The translations under genes and the position numbers were made by a program. A stretch of 64,000 bases of DNA, from assembly GCF_963921235.1 (NCBI RefSeq), contig NC_086097.1, forward strand, positions 244,158,001-244,222,000, read 5' to 3'. Numbering within the stretch: the stretch's first letter is position 1; every line of letters starts with the position of its first letter. Below, piece after piece: positions 26,533 through 38,744 of this stretch. The stretch comes from Mobula hypostoma. Its lineage: Eukaryota. The notes beneath the pieces were generated by a model. It was not told the DNA's origin. It saw only the letters and a list, made by a program, of their open reading frames with translations, and did no database searches.

Positions 26533-26940
26533 CCCTTACATACAGTTCATATTCCATACCTCCACAGTCTGGTCCGGGTCAATTTTGACCCGGCCCAAGA
26601 ATCCCCTCATAACAAGTTTTGAACCACAGATCTATTTAGAATGTATAAATAGCCTATCTGACATTAATAAATGGGTGATTAATCCTTAATTGATGTTTCA
26701 GAGATGTAAAATCCATTTCAATAGATACAGGTCAAATTTCACCCGAACAGCCTCAATGTTCAAAAATTTGTAGCACCTGTACAAAGGTATAAATTTTTTA
26801 AATATTTTAATTTTTTGTGCATTTTGGGTCACTTTAGGAAAAGTTATCAAATTTCGGTTTAAAAAAAATGCCATTTAGGGTGTTTTTACTGCTGTCGAAT
26901 GTCAATACAGGTCAAATTTGACCTGAACGGTATGTAAGGG
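26533..26940. mobile_element. Non-autonomous piggyBac-type element
   Basis: TTAA on both sides (26529-26532, 26941-26944) and a 17-bp TIR cccttacatacagttca / tgaacggtatgtaaggg (1 mismatch). It interrupts a CR1 fragment. Confidence 0.88.
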
Positions 26941-26989
26941 TTAAATGCTGTAATCGAACCTGTTTCCAATACATCCAGTAGCAGCTCAT

Positions 26990-29480
26990 TCCTCTGAAAT
27001 GATAACACAAGGAATTTAAAGTTGCTGACCCTCTCCATTTCTGGTCCTCCGATGAGGACTGGCTCATGGATCCCTGATTTCCTCCTCCTGAAGTCACTAG
27101 TCATCTCCTTGGTCTTGCTGACATTGAATAAGAGGTTGTTGTGGCACCAATCGGCTAGATTTTCAATCTCTGTCTCATATAGTGATTCATCACCACCTTT
27201 GATTCAGCCCATGACAGTTGTATGGCCAGCAAACTTAAATTTGGCATTGGAGCTGAGCTTTGCCTCACATTGATAAATATAAAGTGAGCAGATCGGGGGG
27301 GCTGAGCTTATAGCTGTGTGGTGCACCTGTGCTGATGGAGATTTGGAGGAGATATTGTTGCCAATCCAAGCTGACTGGGGTCTGCAAGTGAGGAAATTGA
27401 GGATCCTATTGCACAAGGAGGTATTGAAGCCAAGATCTTGAAGCTTATTGATTAATTTTAGAGGATAATAGTACTGAATACCAAGCTGTAGTTGATGAAG
27501 AGCATCCTGACGTATGTATCTTTGCTGTCCAGATGTTCCAGGGTTGAGTGAAGAGCCAATGAAATGGCATCTGCTATGGACCTATTGTGATAGTAGGAGT
27601 GGATCCAAGTTGCTTCTCAGGCAGGGGTTGAAATGTTTCATCACCAGCCTCTCAAAGCACTTCATCACAGTGGACAATAGTCATTGAGGCAGGTTACCAT
27701 GTCCTTAAGAGCTAAAGAGCTGGTGGGAGACCTGAGGAGAGCTAAGGCACCGGTGACCCCTGTTTCCATCCAGGGGGTCAGTGTGGACATGGTGGAGGAT
27801 TACAAATACCTGGGGATACAAACTGACAATAAACTGGACTGGTCAAAGAACACTGAGGCTGTTTACAAGAAGGGTCAGAGCCGTCTCTATTTCCTGAGGA
27901 GTCTGAGGTCCTTTAACATCTGCTGGACGATGCTGAGGATGTTCTACGAGTCTGTGGTGGCCAGTGCGATCATGTTTGCTGTTGTGTGCTGGGGCAGCAG
28001 GCTGAGGGTAGCAGACACCAACAGAATCAACAAACTCATTCATAAGGCCAGTGAAGTTGTGGGGATGGAACTGGACTCTCTCACAGTGGTGTCTGAAAAG
28101 AGGATGCTGTCTAAGTTGCATGCTATCTTGGTCAATGTCTCCCATCCACTACGTAATGTACTGGGTGGGCACAGGAGTACATTCAGCCAGAGACTCATTC
28201 CACCGAGATGCAACACAGAGCGTCATAGGAAGTCATTCCTGCCTGTGGCCATCAAACTTTACAACTCCTCCCTTGGAGGGTCAGACACCCTGAGCCAATA
28301 GGCTGGTCCTGGACATTTCCTGGCATAATTTACATATTACTATTTAATTATTTATGGTTTTATTACTATTTAATTATTTATGTTGCAACTGTAACGAAAA
28401 CCAATTTCCCTCAGGATCAATAAAGTATGACTATGACTATGACTTCTTAGGCACCTGCATAATTGAAGCCTGCTTAAAGCAGGTGAGTACCACAGACTGC
28501 CAAAGCAAGAGGTTAAAAATATCAGTGACCACTCCAGCCAGCTGATCAGCACAGGTCTTTAGTACTCAGCCAGGTAAGCCGTCTGGGCGAGGTGCTTTCC
28601 ATAGATGCACCCTGCTGAAGGCGGCCCTCATGTTGGCCTCAGAGTCTTTAGAAGCTGTGGGAGTTTGTGAAGGTACCTCCGTGCTTTGATGGTCAAGGTG
28701 AACATAAAAGGCATTGAGCTCACCTGGGAGTGAAACATTGTTGTCACCTATGTTGCTTGGTTTCACTCGGCAGGAGGTGATAGCATTCAAGCCCTGCCAC
28801 AGCTGTTGAGCATCCTTCAGTGATTCAGGTGTGGTCCAGAATTACCACTTCACCCGTGAGATGGCTTTCCAGAGATTGTACCTGGACCTCTTGCATTTTG
28901 CTTCGTTGCCAAACCTGAATGCCACTGTTTTACCCCTTAGCAGATTGCAGATCTCAAGGTTCATCGAGGGCTTCTGGTTGGGGAAGGCTTGGAATGATGT
29001 TGTGGGAACACACTTGTCTGCAACCGTTTTTATAACATCTGAGACAACTGTAGTGTAGTCATTCAGATCCTCTGATTAGTCCTTGAACACGGCCCAGTCT
29101 ACCAACTCGAAGCAATCCCATAGCCGCTCCTCTGCCTCCTGCAACCACCTCTTTGTTGTCCTAATCTCCGGAGCCTTGCTCTTCAGCTTCTGACCAGATG
29201 CAGGTAGAAGGAAGACAACCAAGCAATCAGATTTCCTGAAATACAGTCGCAGCAGGGATCGATAGGCATTCCAAATTGTAGTACAACAGTAATCGAGGTT
29301 GTTGGGATCCCTCACGCTGCAGGTGATATGTTGATGATAATTGGGCAGAGATTTCTCCAAACAAGCCTGATTGAAGTCAGTGATTTGAAAGGCATTGGGG
29401 TAGGCTGTTTCTTGCTTGTTGATAGTGGTACTCAGTACCTCAAATCTCTTCTTGACATTGGCCTTTGACAGCAGATACAC
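26990..29480 (-). mobile_element. Degenerate Rex1/Babar-like LINE (endonuclease and RT remnants), interrupted at ~27705-28445
   Basis: Minus-strand peptides [37 protein letters not shown] and KAPRPDGLPG. Confidence 0.75.
27705..28445 (+). mobile_element. 5'-truncated Rex1/L2-type LINE 3' end with open ORF and (TATGAC)n tail
   Basis: ORF 27684..28301 YKYLG..DNKLDWSKNT..KKGQSRLYFLR..., ending caataaagtatgactatgactatgac. Confidence 0.85.
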
Positions 29481-29857
29481 TGGGGAAATTTAAGAAACTC
29501 TTAGATAGGCACATGGATATTAGAAAAATGGGAAGTTATGTTGGGGGGGTGGGTTAGCTTGATCTTGGAATAGGTTAAAAAGATGACACAACATCGTGGG
29601 CTGGTCTGTGTACTATGCCCTCAGAGCTGGTGTAACCTCAGCAGTTTGAATGAACATTGAAAATAGAACAGTGTGCACCTAACAGGACATCTGACCCATG
29701 ATGTTGTGCCAGTCTTGATGTCAGTCTTCACTAAAATTCCTTCTTCTGTGTATCATCAATATCCATACAGTCCCTTCATATTCATGTATACCTAAAAGCC
29801 TTTTAAAACACTAAACTGCCTGCTTCCACTATGATCCATGGTAACTCTTTATGTAGT

Positions 29858-30168
29858 GTTGGCACGTGGCCAAGTGGTTAAGGCGTTGGTCTAGTGATCT
29901 GAAGGTCGCTAGTTTGAGCCTCAGCTGAGGCAGCATATTGTGTCCTTGAGCAAGGCACTTAACCACACACCGGTGCCTAGTATTGGCCCTAGTGCCTTTC
30001 CCTTGGCCCTAGTGCTCTTCCCTTGGACAGCATCGGTGGCGTGGAGAGGGGAGACTTGCAGCATGGGCAACTGCCAGTCTTCCATAAAACCTTGCCTAGG
30101 CCTGCGCCCTGGAAACCTTCCAAGGCACAAATCCATGGTCTCACGAGACTAATGGATGCCTAAAAAAA
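29858..30168 (+). mobile_element. tRNA-derived SINE
   Basis: A box tggccaagtggttaagg and a B-box-like gtttgagcc. There is a second copy at 60443-60753. The flanking repeat aactcttt is a probable TSD. Confidence 0.8.
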
Positions 30169-30179
30169 AACTCTTTCTA

Positions 30180-30750
30180 AGGGCCTGGTGAAGCTTCATT
30201 TGGAGTATTGTGAGCAGTTTTGGGCGCCTTATCTAAGAAAGGATGTGCTTACTTGAAAAGAGTTCAAAGGAGGTTCATGAAAATGATTCCGGGTTTGTAA
30301 GGCTTCTTATATGAGTACTCCCTGATGCCTCTGAGCCTGTACTCATTGGAATTCAGAGGAATGAGGGGTGATCTCATTGAAACCTGTCGAATGTTGAAAA
30401 ACCTTGATAGAGTGGATATGGAGAGGATGTTTCCTATGGTGGGGAAGTCTAGCACTAGAGGACATAGCCTCAGAATAGGGGGACATCCATTTAGAGCACA
30501 GGTGTGGAGGAATATCTTTAGCTAGTGAGTGGTGAATGTGTGGAAATCATTGGCACAGGAGGCCAAGTCATCAGGTATATTTAGGGCAAAGGTTGATAGA
30601 TTCTTGATTAGTCAGGGCATGAAGGGATACGGGGAGAAGGCGGGAGATTGGGGCTGAGAGGGAAATGGATCATCCATGATGAAATGGTGGGGCAGACTTG
30701 ATGGGCCAAGTGGCCTATTTCTGCTCCTATATCTTATGGTCTGGTGGTCT
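30180..30750 (+). mobile_element. CR1 LINE 3' fragment
   Basis: LSLYSLEFRGMRGDLIETCRMLKNLDRVD motif and CR1 3' UTR. Confidence 0.8.
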
Positions 30751-32134
30751 AGCTTATTCTAGGCACCTCCCACTCTTTGAATAGAAAAGAAATAGCACTT
30801 CGCATCACTTTAACCTTCCCTTCTGTAACTTTAAAGGCATATCATCTGGTATTAGACGTTTCTACCCTGGAGAAAAGATTCTGACTGCCTACGCTATCTA
30901 GGCCTCTTATCATTTTAGAAACATCTATCAGGTCTCCCCTCAGTCTCTGTCGCTCAGAGAAAACAACCATAGTTTGTGCAATTTCTTCTTATACATAGCT
31001 CCTACCACCTAATGCAGGTAACCTCCTAGTGGACCTCTTGTGCACCCTCTGTAAAGGCTCCACATATTTCATATGATGAGGTAACTAGACTATACAATAT
31101 TCAAACCAGAGAGATCTGCAGAAGCTGGAAATCCAAGCAACACACACAAAATGCTGGAGGGACTCAGCAGGCCAGGCAGCATCTATGGAAATGAATAAAA
31201 AGATATTCCAAGTGTGGCCTACCCAACGTTTTACCTGTTATTTCTTTTTATGTCATAAAAGAGTGGATTTGTAAGAATATTATTATTTTAAATCAAACTG
31301 CAGTAAATTCTTGTCATTACAAAGTCATAGAGTCTTAGGGCACGGCAGCACAGAAGCAGGCCCTTCAGCCCATTTAGTTCAGGCCGAGCCATTCATCTGC
31401 CTAGTCCCATCAATTTACACCTTAGACAAAACCCACATTCACCACTTGCACTGGCAACTCATTTCACACTCTCGCCCTACTCTGAGAGAAGAAATTCTGC
31501 CTCATGTTCCCCTTAAACATTTCACCTGTCACCCTCAACCCATGACCTCTAGCTCTAGCCTCAGTTCACCCAAACTCAGTGGAAAAAACCTGTAAGCATT
31601 TAACCTATCTATACCCCTCATAATTTTCTATATCTCTATCAAATCTCACCTCATTCTCCTGTGCTCCAGGAAATAAAGTCCTCACCTGTTCAACCTTTGC
31701 TATAATTTCAGTCTTTCAATCTTATTGATATCTTTCCTCTAGATAGGTGACCAGAACTGAACACAGTACTCCAAATTGCCTCACCAACTCCTTATGCAAC
31801 TTCAAGATAACATTCTAACTCTATAGTTTGATTTATGAAGGCCAATGTGCCAAAAGCTCTGTTTATGACCCTATCTACCGTACCTCTGACACCAAACTAT
31901 TGATGATTTGTGTCTCCATTGAAATATATAGCAAACACAGAAAATTGCCAGTGGGTGTTTGATTTGGACCATAAGACATAGAAGCAGGTGCTTTTGGCCC
32001 ATCAATTCTGCTCCAGCATTCCATCATGGCTGATTTATTATCCCTTTCGTTCCTTGCATGTCAAATTTCAGTTCTTTCTAAATCTCTGCAGTGTAGCTTC
32101 AATATCTGATATTGGTAATTAATTCTTTTCTCAG

Positions 32135-32239
32135 CCTGTGCAAGCAATGCAGTCTTCTTCTCAGACGGGACAGTATCCAGCCGCTTCTTATCCTTCCCAA
32201 CACCTACTGCCTGTTTCACCCACGCAGCAGTTTCCTGTG
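32135..32239 (+). CDS. ARPP21: ARPP21 internal coding exon (105 nt; PVQAMQSSSQTGQYPAASYPSQHLLPVSPTQQFPV)
   Basis: ttcttttctcag acceptor and GTG|gtacat donor. Matches recalled human SVQGLQASSQSVQYPAVSFPPQHLLPVSPTQHFPM. Phase 0-0. Confidence 0.9.
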
Positions 32240-33066
32240 GTACATCAAAACATTTATTTCTGGTTTCTAAGCATTAACTCTAATGTTTGCAATGTGTGTA
32301 TAAATGTAATAAGTTTATTTATGTGCTTCACTTTCAGGGTGACTATTAAGACATAAGACCAAAAGACACAGGAGCGGAATTAGGCCATTTGGCCCATCGA
32401 GTCTGCTCTGCCATTCCAACATGGCTGATTATTATCCCTCTCAACCCTATTCTCCTGACTTCTCCCCTAACCTTTGAAATCCTGACGAATCAAGAACCAA
32501 TCAATCTCTGCTTTAAATATACCCAATGACTTGGTCTCCCCAGTTGCCCGTGGCAATGAACTTCACGGATTCACTACCCTCTGGCTGAAGAAATTCCTCC
32601 TCATCTCCGTTCTAAATGAATGTCCCTCGACTCTGAGGCTGTGCTCTCCATTATGGGAAACATCCTCTCCACATCCTCTCTATCTAAGCCTTTCAATGTT
32701 CGGTAGATTTCAGTGAGACTCCCACCCCCATCATCATCATCATCATCTCCCACCCCTACCCCACCTCATTCTTCTTAACTCCAGTAAGTACAGGCCCAGA
32801 GCCATCAAATGCTCCTCAAACATTAACCCTTTCTTTCCTGGAGTCATTCTTGTGAACCACTTCTGGATCCCTCTCCCATACCAGCATATCTTTTCTTAGA
32901 TAAGGAGCCCAAATCTGCCCACAATCCTTCAAATGCAGACTACTCTTGACTATATTAACCATAGTTGATAGTTCGTGTTTAACATTATGTCTATATCACT
33001 TGCCAAAATATTTGTGAGAAAGTGTGGAGACTAAATCAGATAAGTAATAATTATAGACAGAAACAA

Positions 33067-33287
33067 ACGAGAAAATCTGCCGATGTTGCAAATCTAAGTA
33101 ACACACACAAAATGCTGGAGGATCTCAGCAGGCCAGGCAGCATCTATGGAAAAGAGTAAACAGTTGATGTTTCAGGCTGAGACCCTCCGGCAGGACCTAC
33201 TGAAGTGTCTTGGCTCAAAACATCAACTGTTCTCTTTTCCATAGGTGCTGCCCGGCCTGCTGAGTTCCTCCAGCATTTTGTGTGTTG
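33067..33287 (-). mobile_element. Older fold-back Penelope-derived insertion
   Basis: Inverted arms around ~33195 with the tail on the left. Probable TSD tagacagaa(a/g)caa at 33054-33066 and 33288-33300. Confidence 0.75.
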
Positions 33288-35773
33288 TAGACAGAAGCAA
33301 GCTGATTTACACTGATGAATTTTCATATTGATAAATAATATATTGTGAATGAAAGAAATAACAATAAATTTGAAAGTCTTAGCACAAGAGATTCTGCAGG
33401 TGCTGGAAAACCCGAGGAACAAACACAAGACACTGGGGAAACTTAGGAGGTCAGGCAGCATCCATGGAGATGAACAAACAATCAATATTTTGAAAGTCTT
33501 ATTATTAAATAGTTGTATGTTACCAGACCCTCAAAACACACATGAAAACTGTTTTAAGGGTTAATTAACTTATAACTATCCAAGAAAATTACTTTATTTA
33601 ATTTTTGAATGCTCAAGAAAAGAGAAACCATCAAAATTTTAAAGAATAAGTGGAGGAAGGAACAGACTGTCTGACTTCCTCTTGTCTGTTTAATGTTACA
33701 ATCAAGACCTGGCTTGCTTTGGAGATGGTGCAGGGGAGGTTTACCACAATGCTGCCTGAATTAGAGGACATGTGCTGTAACGAGAGGTTGGACAAACTTG
33801 GGTTGTTTCTGTGGAGCGGCGGAGTCTGAGAGAGGATCTAACAGAGGTTTGTAAGATTATGAGAGGTACTGATAAAAGTAGACAGACAGTACCTTTTTCC
33901 TAGGTTTGAAATGTCTAATATTAGAATGCATGCATTTAAGGTGAGAGGAGGTTATTGCAAAGGAGATGTGAGGGGCAATTTTATTTACACAGAGCATGCT
34001 GGGTGCCTGGGGTGGTGGCAGATGCAGATAGATTAGGGATTTGTAAGACACATTTGAATAGGCACATATATGTGAGGAACATGGTGTAGGCAGAGGGAAT
34101 TAGTCTGGTTTGCCATTTGATTACTAATTTAATTGGTTTGGCACAACACTGTGAGCTGAATGGCCTGTTCCTGTGCTGTAGTGTTCTATGTTCTATAAGA
34201 TACTTATACCATATGCACGTTTTAAAAAAGTTTTTGGTTCTCTTTGAGCTGGCTGATAGGAGCTGAGCCTGTGCTTGTGAGTTATGATTGGCTTCAGTGT
34301 TCCTATGTTAGAGAGGAACAAATGCAGTATAGCTTCTTCTTATCTTTAGGGTCAGAGAGCAGCACAGCATAGAAAAAGGCCCTTTGGTCCATCCAATCCA
34401 TGCAGAACTGTTATTCTGCCTAGTCCCATTGACCCACACCCCTCCCATAGCCCTCCACACCCCTCCCATTGATTTATTTATCCAAACGTCTCTTATCGTT
34501 GTATTAAAACGCACATCCACCACTTCTCCTAGCAACTCGTCCACACTCTCACCACTCTCTGAGAGAAGAAGATCCCCCTCGGGTTCATCGTAAATATTTC
34601 ACCTTTCACTCTAAGCCTATGACCCTTGGGACTAATCTCACCCACCCTCAGGGGAGAGAGCCTGCTTGTATTTACCCTGCCTATACCTCTCATCATTTCG
34701 TATACTTCTATCAAATCTCCCCTCATTCTCTTATGCTCCTGGATATAAAGTCCTAAGCTATCCAATATTTCCACTGAACTCAGGTCGTGACAACATCCTT
34801 GTAAATTTTCTCTACTCTTTGACTTGCAGTATTGTGTTCCGTTCAGGTCACCTCATTATAGGAAGGAAATGGAAGCTTTGAAGAGAGTGCAGAGGAGATT
34901 CTGCCTGGACTGGAGATCATGTCTTAAGGTTGAGCAAGCTAGGTTCTTTCTCCCTGGAGCAGAGGAGGAGGAGACAAATGCGAATAAGATGATATGAGGT
35001 ATAGACTGAGTGGACAGCCAGATGTTTTCCTAGGGCGGAAATGGCTAATACAAGGGGGCATAATTTCCAGGTGGTTGGAGGAAAGTATAAGGGGATGTCA
35101 GAGGTAAGTTTTTTACACAGAGAGTAGTAGGTGTGTAGAACGCCCAGCCAGGGGTGGTGATAGAGGCAGATATATTAGAGGCATTTAGAGACTCCTAAAT
35201 CAGCACATGGATGATAGAACAACGGAGGGCTATGTAGGAGGGAAGGGTGAGATTAATCTTACCTTTTGGTAAAACATTGTGTGTTTAAGGGCCTGTACTG
35301 TGCTGTATTTATTTATTTATTGAGGTATAGCACGGAATCGGCCCTTCGATCCATGCTACCCAGCAAACCCTGATTTAATCTGAGCCTAATCACGGGACAA
35401 TTTGCAATGACCAATTAACCTACCTACCAGTTCATCGTTTGGCCTGTGGGAGGAATCCGGAGCACCCGGAAGAAAGCCACACAGTCACGGGAAGAATGTA
35501 CAAGCTCCTTACACGTAGTGGTGGGAATTGAACCCGGCTCACCTGTACTTTAAAGCGTTGTGCTAACCATTACATTACTGGACGCCCCATGATCTATGTT
35601 CTAGATTAATCCAGTAATTCATGATAGAATGTGTGTTTTTGTTTATCCACTAATATTGGGTTACAACCCAGTTTGCTAGACAGATGACTTCTAAATTCAA
35701 AGCTTTCTTTTTTGTTCACAGTTTGTGACCATGGAATGTAACCAAGCACAGCATAAATTCCTATGGACAGATT

Positions 35774-35978
35774 AACACACACAAAATGCTGGAGGAACTC
35801 AGCGGGTCAGGCGGCATCTACGGAGAAGAATAGTAGTCGACAATTTGAACCGAGACCCTTCGAACAATAACTGTTTATTCCTCTCCATAAATGCTGCCTG
35901 ACCTTCTGAGTTCCTCCAGCATTTTGTGCATGTATGTGTTGTTTTGGATTTCCAGCACCTGCAGAATCTCTTGTGTTT
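35774..35978 (+). mobile_element. Degenerate fold-back Penelope-derived insertion
   Basis: cacaaaatgctggaggaactcag...ctgagttcctccagcattttgtg inverted arms plus a gatttccagca..tgcagaatctc tail. Lies 110 bp upstream of an ARPP21 exon. Confidence 0.7.
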
Positions 35979-36087
35979 ATAAAGTTCGGTAGATATGTTC
36001 TCAGCAGTGTTCTTCTCTAATGTTAATACTTCTTGGAGGAATCCTTCAGCAGACTGTACTCATTATTATTTGATGACTTCATCACAG

Positions 36088-36333
36088 CGAGAAGATTTGG
36101 CCTCCCAGTTTAACCAGATGAGTTTAAGCAGGCAGTCGTCGGGAGATACCGCTGAGCCGCCATCTGGTTCTGTCTACCCGCCACCCATTTTGCCTCAGGC
36201 ACCCCAGCAAGCCAACTACGTGATGACGTCACCAAGTCAGCTTACCCCAGGTAGTTTTACTGGATCCGGACAGCCCATGTCCCAGCAAGTACTTCAGCCG
36301 CCACAGGGATTTATACAGCAACCGTCTGCCCAG
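36088..36333 (+). CDS. ARPP21: ARPP21 internal coding exon (246 nt; REDLASQFNQMSLSRQSSGD...QQPSAQ)
   Basis: atcacag acceptor and CAG|gtagga donor. Matches recalled RDDVATQFGQMTLSRQSSGE...GFVQQPPPAQ. Confidence 0.95.
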
Positions 36334-38744
36334 GTAGGAGATACCTAACCGGCTATGCCCTTCTTTTTGGTTATGTGGAGCTGTCCATGTTCCATCCCAA
36401 TGAAGAGTCTCAGCTCCAAACACCGACTGTTTATTCCCCTCCACAGATACTACCTGACCTGCTGAGTTCTGCCAGCATTTTGTGTGGGTAGTCTAGTTAA
36501 ACATTGGGAGTTATGGACAAAATCTCAAATAAAAATGCATGATTGCATGTATCATATCTGATACACTACAGCGTAGCAGTTACCTGCACTTACAGTGCCG
36601 GTGATCACCAAATGGGGTTCAATTCCCTCTGCTGTTTGTATGTTCTCCCCATGATCGTGTAGGTTTCCTCCGGGTGCTAGGGTTTCCTCACACATTCAGA
36701 GGACATACGGGTTAGGGTTATTAAGTTGTGGACATGCTTTGCTGTCACTAGAGGCATGGAGACAATTGCGGGCAGCCCCCGGCATATCCTTGGACTGTGT
36801 TGGTCATTGACGCAAAACAATGCATTTCACTGTAGGTTTCAATGCTTCAATGTACATGTGACAAATAACGCTAATCCTTAAGCTCAGGTACTCAGCTCCT
36901 GGCAGCATCCTCATAAATCTTCCCTGCACTCTTTCCAGTCTAATGATGTCTGTCCTGTAACAGGGTGATGAAAACCATACACAATACTCCAAGTGAGTCC
37001 TCACCAACATCTTCACAACTGCAACATAATGTACTCAGTTCCTGGACTGATGAAGGAAACCCCTGACTTTGGACTGTTTTAGAATAAGGAGCAGAATTGG
37101 GCCATTTGGCCCATCGAGCCTTTCTGCCATTCCATCATGGCAGAATTATTTATTTATTTAGAAACACAGTGTGGAGTAGGCCCTAGCAGCCTTTGGAGCC
37201 ACACCACCACACAACCCCCAACAATCCCAATTTAACCCTAACCTATTCACAGGAATATTACAAGGACCAATTATACTAGCCAGTACATCTTTGGACTGTG
37301 GGAGGAAACCGGAGGACCTGGAGAAAAGCCATGTATTCCATGGGGAGGTTATGTAGAGCCTGCTTAGAGATGACGCAGGAAGTGAACTCTGAACTCCAAA
37401 CCCCATGCTGTAATAGCACCGTGCTAACCGCGATGCTACTGTGGTGCCTAATTATCCCTCTCAACCCCATTCTCCTGCCTTCTTCCCATTACCTTTGACA
37501 CCCTGACAAATCAAGAATTTATCAACCTCTATTTTAAATATACCACTCACAATACTCCAAGTGCAGTCTGACCAATGCCTCATTAAGCTTCAGCATTACA
37601 TCCTTGTGGTTATATTCTAGTTCTCTCAAAATTAATACTAATATTGCACTTGCCTTCCTTAACACCAACTCAACCTGCAAGCTAACCTTTAGCGAATCCT
37701 ACACAAGGACTCCCAAGTCCCTTTGCACCTCAGGTTTTTAAATTTTCTGCCCATTTAGAAAATAGTCTACACTTTTGTTCCTACTACCATAAAGAGTTCA
37801 ATAAAATATAATTCAAAATATGTGCAGTGTGTAGCATAGATAAACGGTAAACAGAAAAGTAAACAGTAAACAGCTCGCTGTGGTAGTGACGAGACCTCAG
37901 TGTTATCAGGTATTCATTAGCCTCACGGTCTGGGGAAAGAAACTGTTACCCAGTCTGGCAGTCCTAATCCTGATGCCCCTGTGCCTCGTTCCTGATGGTA
38001 GTGAGTCAAAGCGATTGTGGGATGTGTAGGGATACTCAGCAATCCTCAACTTGCTGGAACACCCACCGATATTCCGAGCAAACCCTGATGTCTATAAAAT
38101 GTAACTAGCCACAGTCCTTATCCTCAACCAATAATTGCCTGATTTTCTTTGTGGAGAGGTCATAGAAGGTAAAACAATAACAGAATGCAGAATAAAGTGT
38201 TACAGTTGCAGGGAAAGTGAAGGTAGACAAGGAGGTGCAAGGTCATCATCATCATTATGTGCCATGTCGTATGACGTGGACAATCATGGTCTATCCATGA
38301 TCATGATTGACCTTGGCAAATTTTTCTACAGAAGTGGTTTGCCATTGCCTTCTTCTGTGCAGTGTCTTTACAAGACAGGTGAGCCCAGTCATTATCAGTA
38401 TTCTTCAGAGATTGTCTGCCTGGCATCAGTGGTCGCATAACCGGGACTTGTGATATGAACCAGCTGCTTGTACGACCAACCACCACCTGCTCCCATGGTT
38501 TCACGTGACCCTGATCAGCGTGGGGTAGGCTAAGCAGGTGCTACACTTTGCCCTAGGGTGACCTACAGGCTAGCGGAGTGAAGGAGCACCTTACACCTCC
38601 TCTGGTAGAAACATATCTCCACCCTGCTACCCACATAAGGTAGATTGTGAGATTAAAGTGCAACACAGGCAGACAATGAGGAGCAAGGTCATAGCAAAGT
38701 AGAATATGAGATTAATTGAAATGTTTTTGTGCCATAGAATCACA

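Noticed and set aside
29858..29935. Possible tRNA genes here and at ~60445
   Set aside because: Both tRNA-like heads continue into a shared ~230-bp body and have TSDs, so they are SINEs.
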